Assembly: GCA_964016885.1 (NCBI GenBank) | Contig: OZ024746.1 | Span: 94,736,001-94,800,000 of the forward strand | Length of the DNA: 64,000 nt | Source of the DNA: Eledone cirrhosa | Lineage: Eukaryota | Direction: 5' to 3' | In this document: positions 26,970 through 40,350 of the stretch, one piece after another | Layout of the letters: the number at the start of each line of letters is the position of its first letter | Numbering within the stretch: the stretch's first letter is position 1 | The notes under the pieces: generated by a model | The model's database searches: none | The model's input: the letters and a program-made list of their open reading frames with translations, nothing else | Told to the model about the DNA's origin: nothing | Translations under genes and position numbers: made by a program

Positions 26970-29835
26970 GGTGGCAGTATTGTACACCGCGACTGCTCTC
27001 CTGCAGTGCTACCGTGGAAGCAAGTTTCAGTTTCCTTTTCCCTCGCTCCATCTCTATGCGTAATACTCGTCTTCAGAGTGGGCGATCATTAGCGACCTCT
27101 TCCCATCTCTGGACGTCAAGATCTATTGATTTCATAACTCTCTTGCAGACGTTTTTGAAACAAAGGAGGGATTGTACTCGTGCTCTTGTGACGGATGGCC
27201 AGTTCGCTTTACAGTTCGTCATTTGGGCCCCACTCCGTCTGGCATATGATGTACGTGACCTAGCCAGCGCTTACGGCGCTTTTGGAGTTGGATAAAGATG
27301 CTGGGTATCTTGGCACAGTTAAGAACTTCAGTACTGACGATTTGGTTGGTCATCTTGATGTCCAAAATGAGTCTCATGCTACGAAGGTGAAAGATGTTGA
27401 GACGCCGGTCCTGTCTGGAGTAGAAGTTCCATGTCTCGCTGTCGTAAAGTAGTGTGCTAATGACACATGCCTTATAGACAGCAATTTTGGTGTTTGTAGT
27501 AAGTTCCCTGTTTTCTCAGGTTATTTTGGTCAGCCTGACAAATGTGGAGGCCGCTTGTCCAACTCACCTACTCCAAGGAGATGTTATCAGTGATAGTAGA
27601 GCCGAGGTAGACGGATTCGTGGACTACTTCCAGCCCGTAGTTGTTGATGGTGATGGTAGTGGGGGTTGCTTGACACTTTAGCCCAGTACGTTGGTCTCTT
27701 TCAGACAAATGGTCAGGCTAAGTTCCTGGCAGGCCTTCGTGAGATTGTCCATGAGGCGCTACATCCACTACTCAGCGTGCGTTACAAATACTGCGTTACC
27801 CTCAAACGGTATTTCTTTCATGAGTACCTGACGAACCCTGGATTTCGCTTTCAGCCTTGACAACCTAAACAGCTTCCCTTCTGATCTGGTGAAGAGATAG
27901 ACACTATGTGTTGGTATTCCAAATGCGTGTTTTTAGGTTGACTACGAAAAAAATACCAAAATGGGTGGAGGCAAGCACACAGCGCTGCTTCACATATTTG
28001 CAGATGTTAAACGCCATCAAAGTGAACGACACCTTTCATATCCGCATGAAACGACTGAACTAATCTGGGAAGTCTTGGATGACAACCAATCTTGGCAAGT
28101 ATTTTGAACAGGCTGTCTCTACTAACTAGGTCGGATGCTTTGGTGAGGTCAATGCCGTCTCTACTAACTAGGTCGGATGTCTTGGTGAGGTCAATGCCGC
28201 CTCTACTAACTAGGTCGGATGTCTTGGTGAGGTCAATGCCGTCTCTACTAACTAGGTCGGATGTCTTGGTGAGGTCAATGCCGTCTCTACTAACTAGGTC
28301 GGATGTCTTGGTGAGGTCAATGATGTCTCTACTAACTAGGTCGGATGCCTCGGTGAGGTCAATGCCGTCACTACTAACTAGGTCGGATGCCTCGGTGAGG
28401 TCAATGCCGTCTCTACTAACTAGGTCGGATGCCTTCGTGAAGTCAATGCCGTCTCTACTAACTAGGTCGGATGCCTTCGTGAGGTCAATGCCGTCTCTAC
28501 TAATTAGGTCGGATGCCTTGGTGAGGTCAATGCTGTCTCTACTAACTAGGTCGGATGCCTTGGTGAGGTCAATGCCGTCTCTACTAACTAGGTCGGATGC
28601 CTTGGTGAGGTCAATGCCGTCTCTACTAACTAGGTCGGATGCCATCGTGAGGTCAATGCCGCCTCTACTAACTAGGTCGGATGCCTTGGTGAGGTCAATG
28701 CCGTCTCTACTAACTAGGTCGGATGCCTTGGTGAGGTCAATGCCGTCTCTACTAACTAGGTCGGATGCCTTGGTGAGGTCAATGCCGTCTCTACTAACTA
28801 GGTCGGATGCCTTGGTGAGGTCAATGCCGTCTCTACTAACTAGGTCGGATGCCATCGTGAGGTCAATGCCGCCTCTACTAACTAGGTCGGATGCCTTGGT
28901 GAGGTCAATGCCGTCTCTACTAACTAGGTCGGATGCCTTGGTGAGGTCAATGCCGTCTCTACTAACTAGGTCGGATGCCTTGGTGAGGTCAATGCCGTCT
29001 CTACTAACTAGGTCGGATGCCTTGGTGAGGTCAATGCCGTCTCTACTAACTAGGTCGGATGCCTTCGTGAGGTCAATGCCGTCTCTACTAATTAGGTCGG
29101 ATGCCTTGGTGAGGTCAATGCTGTCTCTACTAACTAGGTCGGATGCCTTGGTGAGATCAATGCCGTCTCTACTAACTAGGTCGGATGCCTTGGTGAGGTC
29201 AATGCCGTCTCTACTAACTAGGTCGGATGCCATCGTGAGGTCAATGCCGCCTCTACTAACTAGGTCGGATGCCTTGGTGAGGTCAATGCCGTCTCTACTA
29301 ACTAGGTCGGATGCCTTGGTGAGGTCAATGCCGTCTCTACTAACTAGGTCGGATGCCTTGGTGAGGTCAATGCCGTCTCTACTAACTAGGTCGGATGCCT
29401 TGGTGAGGTCAATGCCGTCTCTACTAACTAGGTCGGATGCCTTGGTGAGGTCAATGCCGTCTCTACTAACTAGGTCGGATGCCATCGTGAGGTCAATGCC
29501 GCCTCTACTAACTAGGTCGGATGCCTTGGTGAGGTCAATGCCGTCTCTACTAACTAGGTCGGATGCCTTGGTGAGGTCAATGCCGTCTCTACTAACTAGG
29601 TCGGATGCCTTGGTGAGGTCAATGCCGTCTCTACTAACTAGGTCGGATGCCTTGGTGAGGTCAATGCCGTCTCTACTAACTAGGTCGGATGCCTTGGTGA
29701 GGTCAATGCCGTCTCTACTAACTAGGTCGGATGCCTTCGTGAGGTCAAAGCCGTCTCTACTAACTAGGTCGGATGCCTTCGTGAGGTCAATGAAGGTGAT
29801 GTAGAGTGGTTGCCTTTACTCTAGGCACTTTTCGA
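26970..29835 (-). mobile_element. Degenerate RTE (BovB-like) LINE interrupted by a 42-bp array
   Basis: EKC..PLYITFIDLTKAxDLVSR..LFKILAKIGC, VKQRCVLA, SLTICLKETNVL, YLGSTI motifs. Confidence 0.85.
28113..29792 (-). repeat. 42-bp minisatellite, about 40 copies, encoding IDLTKASDLVSRDG
   Basis: 14-aa periodicity in the ORFs on both strands. Confidence 0.97.
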
Positions 29836-29980
29836 GTAAAAATTCATGTAGATTCCCGAGTTGTGTCAGGGGTTAACCACAGTTAAGAAAAAGGTACTCA
29901 ATACATTGGTAGAGTATAGGCATTTTTTATTTCATATGTTTCATTCGTATGAAATCATTATCCTGATAACTTCATAAGTC

Positions 29981-30113
<133 letters not shown>

Positions 30114-30152
30114 ATATTAAATAAATGGAAACTATATTTATAAAGCCATATT

Positions 30153-30213
30153 TATTCTATAATATATATTTCAAGGGTACCAATACTTTGGTACGCTTTC
30201 ATCAGATAAAATA
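30153..30213 (-). ncRNA. Complete type-I hammerhead ribozyme
   Basis: TATTTTAT-CTGATGA-AAGCGTACCAA-agta-TTGGTACCCTT-GAAA-TATATA-TT-ATAGAATA. Confidence 0.85.
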
Positions 30214-30660
30214 CAAAGTTTGTTTTATAAATTTTGACATAACCATAAAAATACTTTAACGGTTCAAGTTTTCCTTGGATAATGAAGGGATAAGAGAAGA
30301 AAAGTCAGATATTTCAAATTATTATATAATTGGTGTTGGATGCTTAAAGCGTCATAGAGCAGAGTATGATATCACAGAAAAAAGAGAATCAGTGTTGCGA
30401 CGAAAGGAATTTATTGGAAAATCTACTTCGTAGAATCGAGACGTATCCGAGGACAGCGCGATTTCAGAGTCAGGTTTGATCACCATATCGATCGTGCCTC
30501 GTGCTGGTCCCCCGAGAAACAATTGTAATATGTCTAGTAAATTCCTTTCGTCGCAACACTGATTCTCTTTATTTTGTGATATATATATATATATATACAA
30601 ATACATACATAAATATAGATATCTATCAATTCAGCTATCTCTCATTCTCTCTGTGTGTAA

Positions 30661-30708
<48 letters not shown>

Positions 30709-30857
30709 CACAAACACACATATATATATATATAGGAAAAAGTATGACCCCGACGGCAGAGTTCAAGCCGTTTCGACGGCTATTTCTGTCCAGAAATAAC
30801 CGTATTGAGCACTCTGGTGCGTTATGGTCCATCTGGTTCCTTACTACAACTCCTTCG

Positions 30858-30932
<75 letters not shown>

Positions 30933-30941
30933 ATAAAATAA

Positions 30942-30985
<44 letters not shown>

Positions 30986-30989
30986 TGTA

Positions 30990-31440
30990 TATATAGTGCA
31001 TTTTGCAATACACTGTATGCTTAATTAAAAGCATTTCGAAGACCTAACGCTATTGTTTTAGAGTAGTGACAGTGTCACTTACTTTAAATGTTCAGCAAAC
31101 AGTGGAGATAAAGCTGACAGAGCTCTGTTTCGTACTGATTGGTACTTATCAAAGCCAAGTACTCCACCTGTTTGCTGAAAATCATGAATGTTTGATTCTT
31201 ATATAATTCTAGTAATAATCAGGAACTGATTATACAGAGCGGTTGCCGGTCAGCCAGAAAACAGGTGGAGTACTTGGCTTTGATAAGTACTAATCAGTAC
31301 GAAACAGAGCTCTGTCAGCTTTATCTCCCCTGTTTGCTGAAAATTTAAAGTAAGTTGCACTGTTACTATTCTAAAACAATAGCGTAAGGTCTTCGAAATG
31401 CTTTTAATTAAGCATACAGTGTATTGCAAAATACAGTATA
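30990..31440. mobile_element. Fold-back element with arms of about 185 bp, each carrying a hammerhead
   Basis: Arms at about 30990-31177 and 31250-31440; (TA)n flanks. Confidence 0.8.
31276..31320 (+). ncRNA. Type-I hammerhead with U3-A8 variant core (mirror copy 31112-31156 minus)
   Basis: GGCT-TTGATAA-GTACT-aatc-AGTAC-GAAA-CAGAGCTCTG-TC-AGCT. Confidence 0.8.
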
Positions 31441-31483
31441 TATACATTTATATATATATCGCTATTTCAGAGCACCAATTCTA

Positions 31484-31622
<139 letters not shown>

Positions 31623-31728
31623 TATGAGGGAGAGAAAGGTGAGAGAGAGAGACAGAGAGAGAGAGAGACGGCACAAAACCAATAAACCAAATAGAAAACG
31701 AACGAGGCAAATAGATATTCTGCAATGA

Positions 31729-31790
<62 letters not shown>

Positions 31791-31794
31791 AATG

Positions 31795-31883
<89 letters not shown>

Positions 31884-32124
31884 ATATATATATATATGTG
31901 TGTGTGTGTATATATATACATATGTATATATGTATATATGTGTGTGTATGTATGTATATATATATATATACATAGGGATTGTAACGTACAGTTATTGTTG
32001 GTAACCCTAAGAGGTTCATTCTATCATTACCACAACAGAAGCTTTTGATTCCAGAGTCGGGCTAGATAGATACAGATCGAACCTTGAGCTGATCAATAGC
32101 GAAACGCGCGTCATATTGTGTATT

Positions 32125-32217
<93 letters not shown>

Positions 32218-32268
32218 TTGTAGTGTATATATATATACATATGAGTGTGTATGTGTGTACGTGTGTGC

Positions 32269-32299
<31 letters not shown>

Positions 32300-32457
32300 C
32301 GCGTGGGCATATATATGTATATGTATATAAACATATATGTGTGTGGGTACGTGTGTGCATGTATGTGTGTATACATATATAATGAATAAATAACTAAGTA
32401 TTAAAACAGTATTTCACTTTTAATTGATTACCACGGGTGTAAATCAATTATATAATA

Positions 32458-32628
32458 TAATTGTTTTTACTTTTGGCACAAGGCTAGCAATTATCCCAGT
32501 GTATTACTGGTACTTTATTTTATCGACCCTGTAAGGATGAAAGTCAACGTCAGCGAGATTTGAACTCAGATCATAAAGGGCCGTAACTCTATGCTGCCAA
32601 GCGTCCGACTCTCTACCGATACTGCCAA
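32458..32628 (-). mobile_element. SINE family A copy
   Basis: Homologous to other copies. Confidence 0.85.
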
Positions 32629-32970
32629 ATGACCCTTGGTTCCCTATTTATTACACACACATATTACACACACATATTACAAACCCATTTGTAATTTCTT
32701 TGTATGCTTTTTTGAATGCGATGTCCTACACTATAACTGAGCCTTCCTGTGACCAGGTGACATTCTAACCGGGATATTCATCCGTCGTACTGTCGACTTG
32801 TAAGATTAAATTATCCAATATATCGATTAACTTCGCCACTGGGGCCCTTCTGAACTTTTCAATGACACTATGTTGTGACTTGAGGGAAATTCTAGGGTTA
32901 GTCCTAGCAGCTCTAGAATCCACGAACAGCGTCCCTCGCCGTGTATACACACACATATATATATATAGTT

Positions 32971-33009
<39 letters not shown>

Positions 33010-33010
33010 G

Positions 33011-33085
<75 letters not shown>

Positions 33086-33267
33086 AATATAGTTACACAC
33101 ACACACGCATATATTTTTTTTCCCTACCGGTGGCATATCACAAAATGGAATTTCATCTGAGGATATCCTCCTCACAATAACAACAGATGCATGATTTACA
33201 TCTTGATTGCATGGGAGAACCGTTGAAATAATTATAATAAATAAACGATTTATGTAACATCAGCATA

Positions 33268-33432
33268 GGGTCGGACGCCATGCTTTGACGCATAGAGTTA
33301 CGGCCCTTGCCATTCTGAGTTCAAATCCCGCCGAGGTTAACTTTGCCTTTCATCCTTTCAGGGTCGATAAAATAAAGTACCAGTAATACACTGAAATAAT
33401 TGCTGGCCTTGTGCCAAAAGTAGAAACAATTA
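33268..33432 (+). mobile_element. SINE family A copy
   Basis: Homologous to other copies. Confidence 0.85.
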
Positions 33433-33451
33433 TTACTATAGATATCTTTCT

Positions 33452-33487
<36 letters not shown>

Positions 33488-33524
33488 ATACATATATATA
33501 TTATATATATAGGTCCATATATAG

Positions 33525-33580
<56 letters not shown>

Positions 33581-33591
33581 TAGATAGATAC

Positions 33592-33624
<33 letters not shown>

Positions 33625-33881
33625 CACGCACCCACTCCATATATTATATATATATGATAGGTACATAGATATCTTTCTTTAGATAAATAGATAGAAAAAT
33701 AGATGGATAGATACATACATATATATATATATATATAGGTGCATATATAGATACATATATAGATATGTATATATACATATATATATATGTGTGTGAGTAT
33801 ATATATATATATGTGTGTATATATATATATATATATAATTATATATATATACACGCAACCACTCCATCTTATATATATATA

Positions 33882-34053
<172 letters not shown>

Positions 34054-34234
34054 AAAATTACATTAAGTAACTAATGTGTGTTTTATACTCTTTTCAAATT
34101 ATCCCCTGTAATTGTTTGATGTTTTTATTCTATATATATGTGTAGTCCTACTTTTAATTTTATATATATATATATATATAGGTATATATATATATATATA
34201 TACATATATATAGGTATATATAATATTTGGAATG

Positions 34235-34275
34235 TACTGTCCTGGTGATCTCATACGAACGAAACCGTTCTAGTC
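34235..34275 (+). ncRNA. Degenerate hammerhead in a PLE terminal fragment (34230-34380)
   Basis: CTGGTGA-TCTC-atac-GAAC-GAAA-CCG-TT-CTAGT; same family as 4551-4585. Confidence 0.55.
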
Positions 34276-34389
34276 ATGTAAATATCATTTCTATATAAAA
34301 TAAAGATGGCCATAATCTATTAACATATTGAGTACTTCTTTTACTGCGGTCACCTCCCGATAACCATCAGGAATCCATCCATTATATAT

Positions 34390-34548
34390 ATATCCTTGAA
34401 GGACATATATGTGTGTGTGTGTGTGTGGGGGGGTGTATGAGTGTGTGTAAATATATATATATATATATATATATATCCTTGAAGGATATATATATATATA
34501 TATATATATCCTTGAAGGATATATATGTGTGTGTGGGGTGTGTGTGTG

Positions 34549-34587
<39 letters not shown>

Positions 34588-34808
34588 TTGAAGGACATAT
34601 ATGTGTGTGTGGGGTGTGTGTGTGTAAATATATATATATATATATATATCCTTGAAGGACATATATGTGTGTGTGTGTGGGGGGGGGGGGGGGTGTATGA
34701 GTGTGTGTAAATATATATATATATATATATATATATCCTTGAAGGATATATATATATATATATATATATCCTTGAAGGATATATATGTGTGTGTGGGGTG
34801 TGTGTGTG

Positions 34809-34845
<37 letters not shown>

Positions 34846-34882
34846 TTGAAGGACATATATGTGTGTGTGGGGTGTGTGTGTG

Positions 34883-34917
<35 letters not shown>

Positions 34918-35060
34918 TTGAAGGACATATATGTGTGTGTGGGGTGTGTGTGTGTAAATATATATATATATATATATATATCCTTGAAGGACATATATAT
35001 GTGTGTGGGTGTGTGTGTGTAAATATATATATATATATATATTTATGTCCTTCAAGGATA
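34390..35060. repeat. Compound satellite ATCCTTGAAGGA plus (TG)n/(TA)n
   Basis: Near-palindromic core repeated with microsatellite spacers; last core inverted at about 35047. Confidence 0.92.
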
Positions 35061-35266
35061 TATATATAACAAAGAAAGTGTGGTAAGGAACCAGGTGGAC
35101 CATAACGCACCAGAGTACTCGATACTTAGGGTAGTAGAGTGGGTAATAGGAAAAGAGGCAGGACCCCGACGGCTGAGCTCCAGCCGTTTTCGGATCTAGT
35201 TGTCGAAACGGCCGGAGCTCAGCCTTCGGGTCCTGACACTTTTCATATATATATATATATATATTA

Positions 35267-35314
<48 letters not shown>

Positions 35315-35442
35315 AATATATATATTATAAATATATTATATATATATTATATATATTATATATATATATATATGTATGTATATATAAATATATATATTAT
35401 AAATATATTATATATATATTATATATATTATAAAGATATAAG

Positions 35443-35478
<36 letters not shown>

Positions 35479-35585
35479 ATGTTATAAATATATTATATAT
35501 ATTATAAATATATATATATTATAAATATGTATAAATATATATATATAAATATATATATTTATATATATATATTTATATACCTTTC

Positions 35586-35620
<35 letters not shown>

Positions 35621-35675
35621 CTGATCTTATTTTTTCATTTTAACGTCATTGAAATTAATAAACTGTAAATAGAAT

Positions 35676-35728
<53 letters not shown>

Positions 35729-36166
35729 ACATATATATCCGAATCCTGCTAGAAATAGCAGTCAAATCTCCATAAAATCATCCTCCCTACAATTATCTTT
35801 AAAAAAACACCACAATATAAAATGATACATTCAATAATGTAGTCTTAGATAGACTTAGAGGCTGGTGTGTGTACACGGTTGGAACGTCTTGAAGACGTCT
35901 GTGTCAACTTAAACCTTAGAGACTAAGAAACAACGAACAACAATACTTAAAATTCGACAATAATCAATAAGAAAATAATATACCAGTAATATCTGGGGTT
36001 AAATAGTGTAAAATTAATTGCTCGACTCACCTACTACGTTCGTTTAGAATCTTCCGTTTTTCACAACTGGATGCAGTCGGTTGATTTAACGATATTTCTT
36101 TTTTGTTTGTTTTCCATTTAGTGTTTATCTTCCTTTCTTTTCTTTTTATTTATTTATTTATTTATA

Positions 36167-36212
<46 letters not shown>

Positions 36213-36641
36213 TTTGTTGTTGTTGTTACTCTTTTGTTAATGATCTACATAGGTCTGCCCTCCTACAAGGTGTCTGTATGTGTCTGTATGTAAGTATGTG
36301 TGTGTATGTTTATGACTGTATATCTTTGTGTGTGTGTGTGTGTGGTGCTTTGGGTGATGTGTGTGTATATGTATATATGTATGTATTCATATATATACAT
36401 ATATATTTGTATATACCTATATCTTTCTATCTCGCTATATATAATATATAAATACTCTGTATGTATATATGTATGTATACATATATATTTATATGTACAT
36501 ATATATATATTAATATATATATATTTACACAGACACACACACACATATATATATACACACATATATATATATATATATATGCCACACTTAATCTGTCTTT
36601 TTCAGAGTTAATATGTATGCCTGGCTGTTTTACTCTTTGCT

Positions 36642-36701
<60 letters not shown>

Positions 36702-36802
36702 CCTTTCCCTTTTCTTCACTTCTTCCTACACCCCTCCCCTCTCTCCCCTCTCGCCCTCACGTCTTTCCTTCATTTTTCCTCTGTTTTTTTCCTTTCTCCC
36801 TT

Positions 36803-36905
<103 letters not shown>

Positions 36906-37574
36906 TCTTAGCTGTCAATCTCTCGAGTTTCTTTCTTAATCCCACTCTCTTCCTTTCGCGCCCTCTTTCGCTAACTTCGTGTCTTGTTCAATGTCCTGCA
37001 TACATACATATGTATATGGTGGCTGCCAACTCGTTTTCGAGTACGGCCACTACTATATATCCATGTAGGAGAACCCCTACTGATGCGCTGAACGAGTGTG
37101 ACTTTTTAGTCCAGCCAGCGACTTGAAAACTCTGGTACAAACACTACACTTGTGACAATTATTGACACATAGTGCTGGGCCCATGGTACCCTGTGACGAC
37201 AAGAGCAGAGAGATCTCCAGATATAAAGCAATGCCTGTGCCGTGAAGCTTTTATAGTGAGCAAAGGCACTGCACAAAGCCAGTCCCACTCTCTTAACCAA
37301 GATGATATTTACCAAAAAGAAGAACAGGTCAACATCATTGGATACCATCAGGGTTGCAGGTGTTATATCAGAGTTTTCCTTCTCCTAGAATTCTGCCTTG
37401 ACAAAAGCTAAGGGGTAATCTCTCTCGGTGACTTTGGATGGCCATTGACTCTTAAGAGATCCTTTGCCCTTTGACAGGTTTTGTTTTTAGTCCTGCAGGA
37501 TATCCAAAGTCACCCTCCTCACATATATATATATACACATATATACGCATACATATACATACATACAAAGGCTC

Positions 37575-39590
37575 TAGATCGGCATTTGTGCAGCACACAC
37601 ACGCGAAGCCGAGCCGCTGGGCTACACTGATGCAAAATGCACTCATCATCAAGAAGGGTACCTGTTGGTGGGAATAGCAGCGAATTGAGCCATGTGCAGC
37701 CCTTTGGCTGCGATGCAGAACGGAGGTAGTCGAGATGGTGTTAGTCTAAGGAGAACTCGATTCGCCTGAAGTTCAACCTGCACTTGATGTACGTCCCAGA
37801 TGCGTTGGTCAACTGCAAGGACAGCGAGGCCTTCATCGATTCAATCAGCCAAAGCTGACTTTAGTTCCCGGTCTACGTCTGGTTCTGTTGTCGCGCACAG
37901 GAGATGAGCTCGTTGATGAGGGTACGGTTGGAGGTGATTGAGGATAGGTAGGCCGGCAGTGCTAGATCACATGGAGCCCGGAGGCTGCGGCCAGGGAATT
38001 TCACGGAGAATCTCGCTTGTTGCCAGCCAACGCTGTCGAAATTAACATAATTGATGAGTGCAGCACCGTGTGGTATACTGGTGTCAAGTTCGACGTGGTG
38101 ATCCATGGTAGGGTGACAAAGGACACTGTGCAGGTGGACGAGATTGAGGAGAGTGAAACAGTTCCTCAGAAGGAAGAGCACAGGATGTGCGTCAATGAGT
38201 CGCAATCTCTCTGTTATCCTCATCAGTTTAGTGTGCTTCGTCTCCAGACACTCTCCTATGTTCTTTGAGGGGATTGGAGGGCCGGGAATGTATGAGACAT
38301 CTTTCAATGTTAGCCTGTCCCAGTCAGAACAAGTTAGATGCTGTGTAGAGCATGTTGAAATTCAGTTTCACTGTAGCTCACAATCATTACCTCGGATTTG
38401 TACAAGATCTCAACTCCAAAGAGCGATAATGTTGGGATGACTTACTGAAATATCCTCGATGACAGACTCAACTGAGACACCCAGTGTCGCGTCATCCAGG
38501 TACCAAACATTGAAAGGTGAGCGAACTGAGTGAGCAACATCGTCAAGACCCAACGCACACACGAGTGTGGCAAGTAGGCCACCTTGTTCGGCGTCTGTGG
38601 TGGAAGTGATATTGTTGTCTGCAACAATAATTATGCTTAGTATCCCACAAGAGAGATCTGCAAGTGGGAACATAGGAGCCTGTCTTAGACACATCTCTAG
38701 ATGTAATCTCGCCTAACATCGTTAACCCTCTAATGTTCAAACCAGCCAAAACCGGCCAGAATTCTCTACCTCTTTCTGTTGAAACTGGCTGTAACTGGTC
38801 ACTCAAACTGATGTTAAGGTATTGTTCTCAAAATAAATACTTTCAAAATCTCATAGATTCGATATTATGTGAGATAATTATGTGAGGTAAAGCCTCTACC
38901 ATGAAAATATAATAGTATATATAGAGTAATGTGAATGGTAAAAGGTTAAAAGTGTTTTGTATGTCCAGCTTTACCATGAGGTGAGGTGTCGAATGAAGTG
39001 TCTGGCAACATGCGTAGCCGCCTTACATCTGCGCTTAACCCCTACTCAGAACTGGACAGAGCATAATTCCTCGCCAAGGTCCACTTTGATTGAATGCAGT
39101 CTATTTTGGCCGCAAGTCGCTGAAAGACGTTGCTCCCTGCTATGGGCCGGATGTCTTCCTCATATTTCACCAACACAATCAGATGTACTCCCACGTTAGT
39201 GGAATATGGTGAGATTAGATCTTTTAGGTGGCCAAGGTGCAGGCCATTGCTTCCATCACTGCTACTGGTGTCAAACACCTTGTCGAAGACCGACAATAGT
39301 GCTTCGGCCGCAAGAATGCGGGCAGCTTTCGGGATCCTATATGTTGATGTTCGTACTTGAATGGAGACTTCTGGTATATTTGGCCATAGAATCACCTCCC
39401 TACTCACCATCATCGGCAAGGAGCTGGCTACCCGCAGATGTGAGTCTCAGGAGCTGGAAAGGCTCTTCCAACGCGTCTTCCTCACCATCCTCCGGGGAAA
39501 CGCTTTCTCTATTCTGTCCGCCGGAGCCGCGGGGCGGACAACGCATGGGACTCCATTTACTTATAATAGTGAGAGATGGGGGAGAGTGAG
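37575..39590. mobile_element. Degenerate CRE-clade retrotransposon with inversion
   Basis: Minus 37575-39355: GHLKDL..DIRPIA..QRLAAK, EQGG..WYLDDAT, LFLLRNC, LALPAYLSS, ISVAQRLG. Plus 39361-39590: ETSG..LFQRVFLTILRGNAFSI. Confidence 0.8.
38726..38945. mobile_element. piggyBac-like MITE inserted in the CRE element
   Basis: TTAA on both sides; imperfect TIR CCCTCTAATGTTC / GAATGGTAAAAGG; interrupts the CRE RT homology. Confidence 0.6.
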
Positions 39591-39639
39591 AGATACGGAG
39601 GCAGTTACTATACCAACATTGTTGAAGAAGCTTACTTGG

Positions 39640-40350
39640 CACATGAAAAAATATCCGTAGGTGGCACGATGGCAGTGGCCAGAAATTCTTACTCTCCTCT
39701 TACGTATAAGGACAGATATGCGTGGGAGGCCGGCATATATCTCTCTCAAAGTCAGATGTCACCAGCTTATGCTCTGAATGCGTTGAAGCAGGTGAGTGTA
39801 GGTGCCTCAAGGTAGTAGTAGTGTAGGTACCATCAAGGTAGTAGTAGTAGTGTAGGTGCCATGAAGGTAGTAGTAGTGTAGGTGCCTCAAGGTAGTAGTA
39901 GTGTAGGTGCCATCAAGGTAGTAGTAGTGTAGGTACCATCAAGGTAGTAGTAGTAGTGTAGGTACCATCAAGGTAGTAGTAGTAGTGTAGGTACCATCAA
40001 GGTAGTAGTAGTGTAGGTACCATGAAGGTAGTAATAGTGTAGGTTCCATCAAGGTAGTAGTAGTGTAAGTGCCATGAAGGTAGTAGTAGTGTAGGTGCCA
40101 TCAACGTAGTAGTAGTGTAGGTACCATCAAGGTAGTAGTGTAAGTACCATCAAGGTAGTAGTAGTGTAGGTACCATCAAGGTAGTAATAGAGTAGGTGCC
40201 AGCAAGGTAGTAGTAGTGTAAGTGCCAGCAAGATGCTTTTGTTGTTTGCATGAAAGCGTCCATGTTTCACTTCCATGTAGCAAAATTGGTTGAATTGTTA
40301 CTTGGAAGAGTCTGGTTTTGTAGTCGTAATGATTAGTTTGCCACCAGAGA
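39640..40350 (-). mobile_element. RTE-group LINE fragment containing a 26-bp array (39797-40228)
   Basis: ILLHGSETWTL..L(A/D)GTYT, then the array, then HLLQRIQSISW..RRVRISGHCHR. Confidence 0.78.

Noticed and set aside
28007-29804. 492-aa and 570-aa ORFs as real repeat proteins
   Set aside because: They are by-products of a stop-free 42-bp array inside a decayed RTE element.
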